64,000 bases of DNA from Planctomycetota bacterium (GTDB taxonomy: Bacteria > Planctomycetota > PLA2 > JAEUHO01). This document shows positions 29,113 through 39,572 of the stretch, in pieces. The notes beneath the pieces are model-generated. The model was not told the origin of the DNA and did no database searches. It was given only the letters and a program-made list of their open reading frames with translations. How positions within the stretch are numbered: the first letter of the stretch is position 1; the number at the start of each line of letters is the position of its first letter. Both the position numbers and the translations under genes were made by a program. The stretch covers positions 352,001 to 416,000 of the forward strand of contig CBDCTJ010000003.1 in NCBI GenBank assembly GCA_965222115.1. The letters are read 5' to 3'.

Positions 29113-30297
29113 TTAGGAGGTGCTCTGACTGACGGTATTGATGAGTTTGAGGAGCGGCAGGAAGAGACCCAACACGATCAAGAAGACCGCGCCACCCATA
29201 AACACAATCAAAATGGGCTCAATCACACTGACGAGTGAACCCACTGCAATGTCGACTTCTTCGTCGTAGTTGTCGGCGACGCGAATGAGCATTTTGTCGA
29301 GCTCGCCGGTCTCCTCGCCCACGTCAATCATATTGACCACGATGTCGTCAAAGATTCCGCTCTCACCCAAGGGCTCGGCAATGGTGCCGCCTTCGCTGAT
29401 GGACTCGCGCACTTTGTCCAGCGCTTCTTCCATGACGACATTGCCCGCGGTGTTACGACAGATGTCCAACGCCTCAAGAATGGGCACGCCACTGGAGATC
29501 AAGGTACCGAAGGTACGAGAGAAACGCGCCACGACGATTTTGCGGGCCAAGGGTCCTACGATGGGGAGTCGGAGCTTCAATCGATCGAGGAATCGACGTC
29601 CAAAGCGGGTGGCGCGAAACAGTCGCCAGCCCACCACCAGCAAGACGATCGCACCCAGAATGACGTACCACTTCTCAATCAAGAACTTTGAAAAGGCCTG
29701 CAGGTTCTGCGTGAGCGCGGGAAGCTCGCCCAACTGAGGCATCTTCGCAAACACTTCCTCAAACTTGGGAACGACGAAGATCATGATCAGTAGCAAAATG
29801 GCCGTGACCACAAAGAGCACCACCGCCGGGTAGATCATGGCACTTTTGATGCGCTTCTTCAGTCGCGCGGCCTTTTCCATGAAGCCGGCCAGACGCGCGA
29901 GAATGACATCGAGCACACCACCCGCTTCGCCCGCCTTCACCATGTTGGTGTAGAGGCCGTCAAAGACACCCGGGTGCTTGGCAAGCGCATCGGAGAGCGG
30001 AGAACCCGCTTCCACTTCCTCGGTCACGTCGCCGAGCACAGCCTTGAAAGGCCCACGCTCCATCTGGCCCTCTAAAATCTTCAAGCTGCGAACGATGGGA
30101 AGACCGGCGTCCTGAAGGGTGGAGAGTTGGCTCGTAAACTGCGTGAGCGCCTTTACGGAAACCTTGGCTCGACTCACGTTGCGTGGGCGCGCTGCTTTGG
30201 GAGCCTTCTTGCGCCCGCCGCCCCCACCACGGGCACCGCGACCGGTACCGCCCCGAGGACTCTTTGGTTTTGCGCTGCCTGCCGAAATCTTGGGCAT
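29113..30297 (-). CDS. pilC: Type IV pilus platform protein PilC (T2SS F family)
   Basis: FTSQLSTLQDAGLPI, MVKAGEAGGVLD, SAMIYP, MIDVGEETGELDKML; RBS AAGGAG before ATG 30297. Confidence 0.93.
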   Translation of the reverse strand: MPKISAGSAKPKSPRGGTGRGARGGGGGRKKAPKAARPRNVSRAKVSVKALTQFTSQLSTLQDAGLPIVRSLKILEGQMERGPFKAVLGDVTEEVEAGSPLSDALAKHPGVFDGLYTNMVKAGEAGGVLDVILARLAGFMEKAARLKKRIKSAMIYPAVVLFVVTAILLLIMIFVVPKFEEVFAKMPQLGELPALTQNLQAFSKFLIEKWYVILGAIVLLVVGWRLFRATRFGRRFLDRLKLRLPIVGPLARKIVVARFSRTFGTLISSGVPILEALDICRNTAGNVVMEEALDKVRESISEGGTIAEPLGESGIFDDIVVNMIDVGEETGELDKMLIRVADNYDEEVDIAVGSLVSVIEPILIVFMGGAVFLIVLGLFLPLLKLINTVSQSTS

Positions 30298-30427
30298 GGA
30301 CGTGCTCCTTCGCGGTCGTGAATCCTCGCCGGACCCCATCGACCTGTCCACTGAATCGCCTGCGCCGAAGCGCAATCTGCATGCCGAAGGCGCCAAGCGC
30401 GCCTGTGCCCCTCGGGCACAGCGTGCA

Positions 30428-32152
30428 TTACGTGGTGGTGGTCTCGCGGATCACTTCTTCTACGGTCGTCAGGCCATCGAAAATCGCACGCAGCCCGGAG
30501 CTGCGCAGGGTGTGCATGCCCTCGCGCCGCGCCTGATCCCGCAGCTCATCGGACGACACGCCTTTGATGACCATTTCGCGCAGGGCATCGGACATCATCA
30601 TCATCTCGTAGATTGCCGTTCGCCCTTTGTAGCCCGTGCCATTGCAGGCGCGGCAACCCTTCCCGTAGGAGAACCGCTTGCCCTGCAAGTCGGCGGAGGC
30701 GAGTCCCAACTCTTCCAGCACATCGGGACCCGGTTCGTAATTCACCTTGCAGCCATTGCAAATCGTACGCACGAGGCGCTGCGCGATAATGGCCTCAACC
30801 GTGGCCGATACGAGAAACGGCTCAATGCCGAGGTCGTGCATACGCGTGACGGCCTGCGGGGCGTCGTTGGTGTGCAGCGTTGAAAACACAACGTGTCCAG
30901 TGAGCGAAGCCTCTACCGCGATCTGCGCCGTCTCCAAATCGCGAATCTCACCCACGAGAATCATGTCGGGGTCTTGACGAAGGATCGAACGCAGGCAGTT
31001 GGCGTACGTTACGCCAATCTCTTCGTTCACTTGAATCTGAATTACGCCTTCAAGCTCGTATTCGACCGGGTCTTCCGTGGTGATGATCTTGATACCGACG
31101 TCGTTAGCGAAGTTGAGCGCGGAGTAGAGCGTGGTCGTCTTTCCCGAACCGGTAGGCCCCGTGACCAACACAATGCCGTGCGGCAACTTGATCAAGTGCT
31201 TCATGGTGTCGAGCTCTTGCTTGCGAAGACCCAACTGCTCAATGTCGAGCGAGACCACCGAACGGTCGAGCACACGAATCACACACGACTCGCCGTACAG
31301 CGTGGGCAGTGTGCTCACGCGCAAGTCCACCGGACGACCGCCAATCGAGATTTCGATGCGGCCATCTTGCGGAAGCCGAGTCTCAGCAATATCGAGTCCC
31401 GACATGACTTTCACGCGGCTGATCAAAGGAAGGGCGAGGTGCAGCGGCGGTGATTCGAGCTCGTAGAGCGCGCCGTCTACGCGATACCGAATCTTGAAGT
31501 CATCTTCGAACGGTTCCAGGTGAATATCCGATGCGCGGTCGCGAATGGCCTGGAAGAGAATGTACTGAAGCAGCTTGATGACCGGCGGCGAGTTGGCCAT
31601 CGCCTCTTGGTCTTCCAAGTCAACCGACCCGCCGCGCCCTGAGGGGCCCTTTGCCCCGATGTTACTAATGGCGGTATCCACCAAATCGCGCATGGTGCCG
31701 GAGGCGTCGGCGTAATGCTTCTCAACCAATTTGTTGATCTGTTCTTCCGGTGCCAGCACGCCCTCAACGTCACCGCCGGTCATAAACCGCAAGTCGTCGA
31801 GCACCGCGCGGTTGGAGGGGCTGCTAAACGCCACGATGAGCTTGCCCGGTTCCTCACGAACAGGCACCACGTTGAACATGCGGGCTGTATTGGCATCAAT
31901 GCGCTGGATGAGCTCGGGCGTAAAGTTGATCGAACTCAGATCGGTCATTTCCAAACCGGCCTGACGCGCGAGTCCCTGCTGAAGCTGTGCTTCGTTGATG
32001 TGCCCCAGACGAATCAGAATCTGACCAATCTGTCCGCCCTTTTCCCGCTGCTCGCCCAACGCCTCCTGAATCATGCCCTCATGCACGAGCTTGAGCTCTT
32101 TTAGGACTTGCCCCAGAAGTTTCTTGGTGCGCTCGTATCGATAGTCCGCCAC
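30428..32152 (-). CDS. pilB: Type IV pilus extension ATPase PilB (GspE/PulE family)
   Basis: MshEN-like N-terminus, RASDIHLEP, RLPQDGRI, GPTGSGKTTTLY, LRQDPD, STLHTND, CxxC...CxxC. Confidence 0.93.
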   Translation of the reverse strand: MADYRYERTKKLLGQVLKELKLVHEGMIQEALGEQREKGGQIGQILIRLGHINEAQLQQGLARQAGLEMTDLSSINFTPELIQRIDANTARMFNVVPVREEPGKLIVAFSSPSNRAVLDDLRFMTGGDVEGVLAPEEQINKLVEKHYADASGTMRDLVDTAISNIGAKGPSGRGGSVDLEDQEAMANSPPVIKLLQYILFQAIRDRASDIHLEPFEDDFKIRYRVDGALYELESPPLHLALPLISRVKVMSGLDIAETRLPQDGRIEISIGGRPVDLRVSTLPTLYGESCVIRVLDRSVVSLDIEQLGLRKQELDTMKHLIKLPHGIVLVTGPTGSGKTTTLYSALNFANDVGIKIITTEDPVEYELEGVIQIQVNEEIGVTYANCLRSILRQDPDMILVGEIRDLETAQIAVEASLTGHVVFSTLHTNDAPQAVTRMHDLGIEPFLVSATVEAIIAQRLVRTICNGCKVNYEPGPDVLEELGLASADLQGKRFSYGKGCRACNGTGYKGRTAIYEMMMMSDALREMVIKGVSSDELRDQARREGMHTLRSSGLRAIFDGLTTVEEVIRETTTT

Positions 32153-32196
32153 GGTGCTGCTCCCGCATTCATTCGTTCACGCGTATAGACGCCAGC

Positions 32197-33261
32197 CTAG
32201 ATACCCAGCTTTTCACGAATCGATCGTGGATTCTGGCACTTGCTTAGAAGCTGCGCCTGATCAATCACGTCGCGCTGATAGAGATCCCACAAATGATCGT
32301 CGAGCAAAAACATACCCGATTGGCGACCGGTTTGAATGGCGCTGGGAATCTTGAACGTCTCGTTCTTTCGGATGTGGTTCTCAATACCGGGCGTCATGGT
32401 CATGACTTCAAAGCCCGCCACAACACCGGAGCCGTCCTTCTTGGGCATCAGCACCTGACTAATGACGCCAATCAACGACACGGAAAGTTGTACGCGAACC
32501 TGTTCCTGCTGTTCGGGCGGGAACTGATCAATGATGCGGTCAACCGTGCGCGCCGAACCGGTGGTGTGCAACGTACCAAACACCAAGTGACCCGTTTCCG
32601 CAGCGGTGATGGCAGTGGAAATCGTCTCCAAGTCGCGCATTTCACCCAGCAGAATGACGTCGGGGTCTTCACGGAGCGCGCGGCGAATCGCCTCGGCAAA
32701 TGACGTGACATCGGTGCCCACTTCGCGCTGATTGACGATGCACTTCTTGTGCTCGTGGAAATACTCAATCGGATCCTCAATCGTAATGATGTGATGTTCA
32801 TTGTTCTGATTGATGTGATCCACCATCGTGGCGAGCGTGGTGGTCTTACCCGACCCCGTGGGTCCGGTCACAAGCAACAGGCCACGCGGACGATTCAATA
32901 GCTTGATGACGTCGTCGGTGAGGCCAATTTGTTCAAAGGTGAGCAGCCGGCTGGGAATCAGGCGGCAAACCATGGCGTGCTTGCCTTTCTGACGAAATAC
33001 AGCAACGCGAAAGCGTGCGGCGGTTCCGTGGGCCCACCCAAAGTCCGCGCTCCCACAGTCATCGAGTTCCTTCTTCTTGCCAGGCGAGATGATTTCACTG
33101 ATCAACGCTTTCGCGTCTTCATCGGTCACGTTGGGGATATCGAGGTTGCGCAGCCGCCCCTTAAGGCGCAACACCGGCGGCCGTCCCACCGTAATGTGCA
33201 AATCGCTGGCGTTGAGTTCAACCATGGTGTCGAACAGCTTGTGAATGTCACCGGGAAGCAT
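32197..33261 (-). CDS. pilT: Type IV pilus retraction ATPase PilT
   Basis: ASDLHI, GPTGSGKTTTLA, HIITIEDPIE, QREVG, ALREDPD, AAETGHLVFGTLHT. Confidence 0.95.
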   Translation of the reverse strand: MLPGDIHKLFDTMVELNASDLHITVGRPPVLRLKGRLRNLDIPNVTDEDAKALISEIISPGKKKELDDCGSADFGWAHGTAARFRVAVFRQKGKHAMVCRLIPSRLLTFEQIGLTDDVIKLLNRPRGLLLVTGPTGSGKTTTLATMVDHINQNNEHHIITIEDPIEYFHEHKKCIVNQREVGTDVTSFAEAIRRALREDPDVILLGEMRDLETISTAITAAETGHLVFGTLHTTGSARTVDRIIDQFPPEQQEQVRVQLSVSLIGVISQVLMPKKDGSGVVAGFEVMTMTPGIENHIRKNETFKIPSAIQTGRQSGMFLLDDHLWDLYQRDVIDQAQLLSKCQNPRSIREKLGI

Positions 33262-33378
33262 GCAACCTCCTATGGATCTCTACGAGCACCGGCCTGCGAT
33301 TCTCGCGTGACTGAAAACTTGATTACCGCCCTACCGGCGCGTGATTTACAGCGCAGTGCGCCGTCGTGTTGCGATCGA

Positions 33379-35061
33379 CTAGACCACCTCTTGCGTGGTG
33401 CCCATGATCGCGCCGGCCACACGAAGCACCTCGTCGATCGTCGATGTGCCGTCGAGCACTTTGCGCAGTCCGTCTTCGCGAAGGCTGCGCAACCCACCGG
33501 TGAGTCGCGCTTGCTCACGAATCTGCTGTGTGCTGCTACGTCGGTACGTCGCCTCACGCACTTGCGGATCCATGGCGAAGAGTTCGTAGATACCTACGCG
33601 TCCCTTGTAGCCCTCGAAGCGACACTCACGACACCCCACGGCGCGGTAAAGCGTGCGACCGCGAATCTCTTCGGGGCGCATACCCACTGCGGCAAGCAAC
33701 GCGGCACTGGGTTCATAGGGCTGACGACACGAGAGACACAATCGACGAAGAAGTCGCTGGGCCATCACCGAAGCCACGGCGGTTGACACGAGGAAAGGCT
33801 TCACGCCCATGTCGATCAAACGTGTGAGCGCAGACGGTGCATCGTTGGTGTGGAGGGTGGAGAATACCAAGTGACCCGTAAGGCTTGCTTGAATCGCAAT
33901 CTCTGCGGTTTCCCGGTCGCGAATCTCACCCACGAGAATGATATTGGGGGCCTGCCGCAACATGGCGCGCAAGATGCGTGAAAAGTCGAGACCAATGTCG
34001 TGACGCACCTCGGCTTGGTTGATTCCCGCCAAGTGGTACTCAACCGGGTTTTCAGCCGTAATGATCTTTACGTTGGGCTTGTTGAGCTGCTTTAGCGCTG
34101 CATACAACGTCGTTGTCTTTCCAGAACCCGTGGGTCCGGTCACCAAGAAGATGCCATTGGGTCGTCGGATGATGCGCTCAAAGCGATCGCGGTCGTCGCC
34201 AATAAAGCCAAGATCGTCGAGCGACAGCAAACCGATTTCGCGGTCCAAAATACGCATGACGATGGACTCACCGGTGGTTCCGGGCACCAGCGAAACACGC
34301 AGGTCAATCGGCCGGCCGAGGAGTTTGAGGTTGATGCGACCATCCTGCGGTTTGCGGTGCTCGGAAATGTCCATGCGCGCCATCACCTTGAGGCGCGTAA
34401 TGACGGGACCCGCCAAATCGGCGTCGAGCGAGTTGGCTTCGTGACAAACACCATCCACGCGATAACGCACGCGTACCCGGTCGGTGAGCGGCTCCACGTG
34501 AATGTCAGACGCGCGCTGGGCCAACGCCTGTTCGAGAATTTCATGCACCAACCGAATGATGGGTGCGTCGTCGGCCTCTTCCTCTTCGGGGTCGCCGGGA
34601 CGTCGCTTAGGTACATCTTTCTTCTCGCCCAAGCCATACGACTCGGCGCGAATATTGTTGAGCGCCGTCGGCGGCGTCAGGGCGAATGTGATTTCACGAC
34701 CCAGCACGAACCGAAGGTCGTCGGCCGTGAACGTGATCATGGGATCGTCGGTGGCGAGGATGAGCTTGTTGCCGTGCATCTTGACCGGCACGACACCGAA
34801 GTCATTCACGACGTTGGAGGGCACCAAATCCACGACGTCAGGAGACAGTCGGGCACGGGTCAGATCCACGAAGGGGAGTTTGAACTGGCGGCAGAGCGCC
34901 TTGGTCAACTGGACCTCGTCGATGAAACCGAGATCCACCATCGCCTTGCCGATCTTCGTCCCCGGAATGCGGGCCTGGTGGTCGAGCGCCTCCTTGAGCT
35001 TGCGCTCGTCGATGACCCCCATCTCGATCAAGATCTGTCCGAGCATCTTGTGTGCTGTCAT
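33379..35061 (-). CDS. pilB: Second PilB/GspE-family ATPase
   Basis: MshEN-like N-terminus, RASDIHVEP, GPTGSGKTTTLY, LRQAPN, STLHTND, CxxC...CxxC; RBS GGAGG before ATG 35061. Confidence 0.9.
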   Translation of the reverse strand: MTAHKMLGQILIEMGVIDERKLKEALDHQARIPGTKIGKAMVDLGFIDEVQLTKALCRQFKLPFVDLTRARLSPDVVDLVPSNVVNDFGVVPVKMHGNKLILATDDPMITFTADDLRFVLGREITFALTPPTALNNIRAESYGLGEKKDVPKRRPGDPEEEEADDAPIIRLVHEILEQALAQRASDIHVEPLTDRVRVRYRVDGVCHEANSLDADLAGPVITRLKVMARMDISEHRKPQDGRINLKLLGRPIDLRVSLVPGTTGESIVMRILDREIGLLSLDDLGFIGDDRDRFERIIRRPNGIFLVTGPTGSGKTTTLYAALKQLNKPNVKIITAENPVEYHLAGINQAEVRHDIGLDFSRILRAMLRQAPNIILVGEIRDRETAEIAIQASLTGHLVFSTLHTNDAPSALTRLIDMGVKPFLVSTAVASVMAQRLLRRLCLSCRQPYEPSAALLAAVGMRPEEIRGRTLYRAVGCRECRFEGYKGRVGIYELFAMDPQVREATYRRSSTQQIREQARLTGGLRSLREDGLRKVLDGTSTIDEVLRVAGAIMGTTQEVV

Positions 35062-35287
35062 GAGGCGTACATCCTCCAAACCCGGTGGCTGCAACGGCGA
35101 GCGAGCCCCGGATATAGCACATCGAAGGCCGAAATGACCCGGCTCACACCGCCGATGGCGAACAGAGCGCGCTGCTTGCGCGGAATCGGTCTCTAATCCG
35201 GAAAAATCAGGCGTGCGCCCGTGCGGCGCAGTCCACACCATGGCCGATAATGAACGTCGAGCCCACGCGCTTGGACGGGATACGCCT

Positions 35288-37981
35288 ATGTCTACGCCTA
35301 CGAGTTCTACATCGCGCCCTCACGCTAAACGTGCGCCCATTGTTTGGCATTTCAGCAAAGCGGGCGTCGATGGAAGTGCGGCGGATCGCGACCTACTCGG
35401 TGGAAAGGGCGCCAACCTCGCGGAGATGTGCCGCCTCGGATTGCCTGTGCCACCGGGATTCACGATCGGCACATCGGTGTGCGGTCAGTACTACGAGAGT
35501 GGTAAGGCGCTTTCCGACGAGGTGCGCGAGGAAATCCGCGCAGCCGTCAAACGATTGGAGCAGGTGACGGGTAAGAAACTTGGTGGCGCTGACAATCCTC
35601 TGCTCGTGTCGGTTCGCAGCGGTGCCGCGGTGTCGATGCCCGGCATGATGGACACGATTCTCAATCTGGGCCTTACCGACGAAACCACGCAAGGGCTGGC
35701 CAAACGATCCGGCAACCGACGTTTCGCATTGGATGCACGCCGCCGGTTCATTCAAATGTTTGCCAATGTCGTCGAAGGACTCGACATTCACCCATTTGAG
35801 AACATGCTCGATCGCGAACAGATCGAGCAGGGCGTAGAGTCCGATAGCGAACTGGACGAAGCCGCACTTGAGCGCGTTACCGACGCGTTCCTATCGCTCT
35901 ATGAGAAGCTTGCTGGTCACGCGTTTCCTCAGGATCCCTACGATCAGTTGGAGCGTGCCGTGTCGGCGGTCTTTGGGTCGTGGATGACGCCGCGTGCGAT
36001 TGAGTACCGCAAGATCAATCGTATAGAGAACCTCATTGGCACGGCAGTAAATGTACAGAGCATGGTCTTTGGCAATCTCGGGCCCTCATCCGGGACCGGC
36101 GTGTGCTTCACGCGGGACCCGTCCACCGGTGAAAACGTGTTCTATGGGGAGTACCTTATGAATGCGCAAGGGGAAGATGTCGTGGCGGGCATCCGTACGC
36201 CCCAAGACCTTGCGGGCCTTGAAAGTGAAAAGCCGGCGGTCTACGAGCAACTCTGTTCGTTGCGCGACACGCTGGAACGTCACTACCGCGACATGCAGGA
36301 CATCGAATTCACGATCGAAGACGAGCAACTCTATCTGTTGCAAACGCGCACGGGACAACGGACGGCACGCGCCGCGCTCAAAATCGCGGTGGACATGGCA
36401 AACGACGGGTTGGTTTCCAAGGCCGATGCGGTTTCCCGCGTGCGACCGGAGCAACTCGATTCCCTTCTCCATCCGCAATTCGATCCCAAGGCCGACAAAT
36501 CCGTCCTCACGCGCGGCCTACCCGCGAGTCCCGGAGCCGTGTCGGGGAGCGTTGTCTTTACCGCCGAGGATGCCAAAGCGCGCGCGGCAGAAGGAGACAA
36601 GGTCATTTTGGTTCGAAACGAAACGAGCCCAGAAGATGTCGGCGGGATGCATGCGGCACAAGGCATACTCACCGCAACAGGCGGCATGACGTCCCATGCG
36701 GCGGTGGTGGCGCGCGGCATGGGGCGCTGTTGTGTCGCGGGCGCTGGAGACGTGCGTATTGACTACGGCGGATGCGCATTTCGTGTGGACTCGCATCTGG
36801 TTCATGAGGGTGATGTCATCTCGCTAGATGGCAGCACGGGCGAAGTCATGTTGGGCGCCGTGGCCACTATGCCCGCCGATCCCGGTCCCTCATTTGAAAC
36901 GTTGCTTGGTTGGGCCGACGACGTACGCACGCTACGGGTGCGTGCCAACGCCGACACACCGGACGATGCCGCGGTGGCGCGTGCGTTCGGCGCCGAGGGC
37001 ATTGGACTTTGTCGCACCGAACATATGTTCTTCGGCGACGATCGCATTACGGTGATGCGCGAGATGATTCTCGCGGCGTCCGATGCCGACCGCCAGGGGG
37101 CCCTTGCGAAGTTGCTTCCCATTCAACGCAGCGACTTTGAAGGCATTCTAAAGTCGATGGACAGCCTGCCCGTCACGATTCGATTGCTCGATCCACCGCT
37201 GCATGAGTTCCTCCCCCACGACGCAGCAGCTCGCAAACAACTAGCCGACGCCACCGGGTTCGACGAGTCGGTCATTCTCGAACGTGCCGCACGACTGCAT
37301 GAGATGAATCCCATGTTGGGACACCGCGGTTGTCGGCTCGGCATCACCTACCCCGAGATTTACGAAATGCAGGTGCGCGCCATCTTTGAAGCCGCGGTGG
37401 CCAACAAGAAGGCGGGCTTGGATCCCCACCCCGAAGTCATGATTCCGTTGGTTGGCACCGTGAAGGAGTACACGGTTTTGCGGGATCGTCTCGTTCGCAT
37501 TGCACAGGACGTCGTACAGGCATCCGGACAAGGAGTTGCCATCATCTTTGGCACGATGATCGAAATTCCCCGCGCGGCGCTTGAAGCGGAGGCGATTGGC
37601 GCCGAGGCCGAGTTCTTTTCGTTCGGCACCAACGACTTGACGCAGTTGACCTTTGGGTACAGCCGCGACGATATCGGTTCTTTTTTGCCGCGCTACGTTG
37701 ACGACGGTGTACTGACCGACGATCCCTTTCAGTCCATCGACATCCAAGGCGTGGGACAACTTGTGGCGATGGGTACCCAACGCGGTCGCGCCGGTCGCCC
37801 CGGACTCAAAGTCGGTGTATGCGGAGAACACGGCGGGGATCCGCGCAGCATCCACTTTTTCCAAAAAGTGGGCTTGGACTATGTGTCGTGTTCGCCGTTT
37901 CGCGTGCCGATTGCACGCCTGGCAGCCGCGCAGGCCGCGACATCGTCTCGTTTCGCTACGTCGATTGATAGACCAAACTGA
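35288..37981 (+). CDS. ppdK: Pyruvate, phosphate dikinase
   Basis: LGGKGANLAEM, SVRSGA-SMPGMMDT, GGMTSHAAVVARG, GLCRTEHMF, FSFGTNDLTQ, CGEHGG. Confidence 0.98.
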   Translation: MSTPTSSTSRPHAKRAPIVWHFSKAGVDGSAADRDLLGGKGANLAEMCRLGLPVPPGFTIGTSVCGQYYESGKALSDEVREEIRAAVKRLEQVTGKKLGGADNPLLVSVRSGAAVSMPGMMDTILNLGLTDETTQGLAKRSGNRRFALDARRRFIQMFANVVEGLDIHPFENMLDREQIEQGVESDSELDEAALERVTDAFLSLYEKLAGHAFPQDPYDQLERAVSAVFGSWMTPRAIEYRKINRIENLIGTAVNVQSMVFGNLGPSSGTGVCFTRDPSTGENVFYGEYLMNAQGEDVVAGIRTPQDLAGLESEKPAVYEQLCSLRDTLERHYRDMQDIEFTIEDEQLYLLQTRTGQRTARAALKIAVDMANDGLVSKADAVSRVRPEQLDSLLHPQFDPKADKSVLTRGLPASPGAVSGSVVFTAEDAKARAAEGDKVILVRNETSPEDVGGMHAAQGILTATGGMTSHAAVVARGMGRCCVAGAGDVRIDYGGCAFRVDSHLVHEGDVISLDGSTGEVMLGAVATMPADPGPSFETLLGWADDVRTLRVRANADTPDDAAVARAFGAEGIGLCRTEHMFFGDDRITVMREMILAASDADRQGALAKLLPIQRSDFEGILKSMDSLPVTIRLLDPPLHEFLPHDAAARKQLADATGFDESVILERAARLHEMNPMLGHRGCRLGITYPEIYEMQVRAIFEAAVANKKAGLDPHPEVMIPLVGTVKEYTVLRDRLVRIAQDVVQASGQGVAIIFGTMIEIPRAALEAEAIGAEAEFFSFGTNDLTQLTFGYSRDDIGSFLPRYVDDGVLTDDPFQSIDIQGVGQLVAMGTQRGRAGRPGLKVGVCGEHGGDPRSIHFFQKVGLDYVSCSPFRVPIARLAAAQAATSSRFATSIDRPN

Positions 37982-38660
37982 ACTCGTACGTGCGCGGGGA
38001 GATATAGAACACGCGATACCCGACCTGCTGTAGTGCATGGATCGCATCGCGCGTGGCGGTATAGGAAATGGTGGGATAGCCGTGGTGAAACTCGATCAAT
38101 AGTTGCTGGGGCCGAACGGTCGTGCCGACCATGTCCTTGAGGACGTCGTATTCGCCCCCCTCAATGTCCATCTTGAGCACGTCGAGATGCTCGTGACCGA
38201 GTTCGCTCATGATCGTTTGCAGGCGCTTAACAGGTGCCTCGACGGCGTCGCTATCGTTGGTGTTGGTGTAACGCTTGACGGGTGTGAAATGGGCCGAGGT
38301 CTCGCGACGCGGAGGAAAAAACGAAATCGTGCCGTCGGTGGCGGCTAGGCCGTAGTCGTGAAACGTCAGCCGATCCGGAAGCGACTGCGTTCTTACCCAT
38401 GCAATCGATCGCGGCGTGGGATCAAACGCGTGTACGTGGGCACCAAAGCGACTCACAAGATCCACATCAAAGGAAAGATCGCGTCCCACGCCCACACTGT
38501 AAACAACGCTATCGCTTGAAAGACGCTCGGGCAAGACCGTCCACACGCCGCCTTCGGTGCCCAACATCGCGGTGTGGCCGACATCACGCGCACGGATGCC
38601 GTCACGATGCAGCCGCGCTAAACGACGTCTCTGCTTGAACCGCCGAATCTGGGCCTTCAT
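37956..38660 (-). CDS. FkbM family methyltransferase
   Basis: VYSVGVGRDLSFD, VHAFDPTP, DVLKMDIEGGEY, QLLIEFHH. Confidence 0.85.
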   Translation of the reverse strand: MKAQIRRFKQRRRLARLHRDGIRARDVGHTAMLGTEGGVWTVLPERLSSDSVVYSVGVGRDLSFDVDLVSRFGAHVHAFDPTPRSIAWVRTQSLPDRLTFHDYGLAATDGTISFFPPRRETSAHFTPVKRYTNTNDSDAVEAPVKRLQTIMSELGHEHLDVLKMDIEGGEYDVLKDMVGTTVRPQQLLIEFHHGYPTISYTATRDAIHALQQVGYRVFYISPRTYEFSLVYQST

Positions 38661-38682
38661 GAGTGGTTCCCTCGATTGACGT

Positions 38683-39450
38683 CTACTCGGCCGCGAGCTT
38701 GGCGGCGACGTCGGCGCTGACTTCAAGATTGGTTGTCACGGACTGAACGTCGTCGTTGTCGTCAAGCAACCCTTGAATCTTCATGATCTTGCGTGCGGTA
38801 GCCTCGTCGGCATCAACCGATGTACTGGCCACCATCGTAAACTCGGCACGCGTGGGCTTGAGGCCTGCACCGTCCAGCGCCGTCTTCACCTCTTGAAATG
38901 AGCCTGCGGGGCACGTAACGAGGAAGCGCGCGTCGTCGGTGCCTGCGTCAAGCAGCACGATATCTTCTGCGCCCGCTTCAATCGCGATCTCAAACAGTTG
39001 CTCCTCCGACGTCGATACCGCCGGAATATCAAACTCGCCCTGCCGCGTGAACAGATAGCTGACCGCGCCGGTCGCAGCGAGCGAACCACCGTTCTTGTCT
39101 AGGATCGTGCGCACGTCCGTGCTGCTGCGGTTGCGGTTGTCGGTCAAGACTTCAATCAACATGGCCACGCCCGACGGGCCATAGGCCTCGTAGGTGAGTT
39201 CCACGTAATCGGCGCCGTCCACATTCCCACTCGCACGATCGATCGCGCGCTTGATGGTGTCCTTGGGCATATTGGCGGCACGCGCCTTATCAAGTGCGAG
39301 TTGCAGTCGGGGATTGTCTTCGGGTTTGGGCCCCCCCAGTTTCACCGCCGCCATGATAAGTCGCGACACCTTGGAGAACGCCTTGCCGCGCTTGGCGTCG
39401 GCGCGGGCCTTCTTGTGCATGATGTTCGCAAAGTGGGAGTGACCAGCCAT
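38683..39450 (-). CDS. yebC: YebC/PmpR family protein
   Basis: MAGHS, NPRL, NMPKDTI, YEAYGPSG, TDNRNR, DDVQSV. Confidence 0.96.
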   Translation of the reverse strand: MAGHSHFANIMHKKARADAKRGKAFSKVSRLIMAAVKLGGPKPEDNPRLQLALDKARAANMPKDTIKRAIDRASGNVDGADYVELTYEAYGPSGVAMLIEVLTDNRNRSSTDVRTILDKNGGSLAATGAVSYLFTRQGEFDIPAVSTSEEQLFEIAIEAGAEDIVLLDAGTDDARFLVTCPAGSFQEVKTALDGAGLKPTRAEFTMVASTSVDADEATARKIMKIQGLLDDNDDVQSVTTNLEVSADVAAKLAAE

Positions 39451-39572
39451 GATGCTCCATGTAGGCCCAACGCGTCCGCGATTCGAACGGCGGGCCCGTG
39501 AACAGCGTCGATCATAGCCGCGTCGGCGGGGAACCCGCAGGTCGAGTCGTCGGCCGAGGGCCGAGTTACCGC

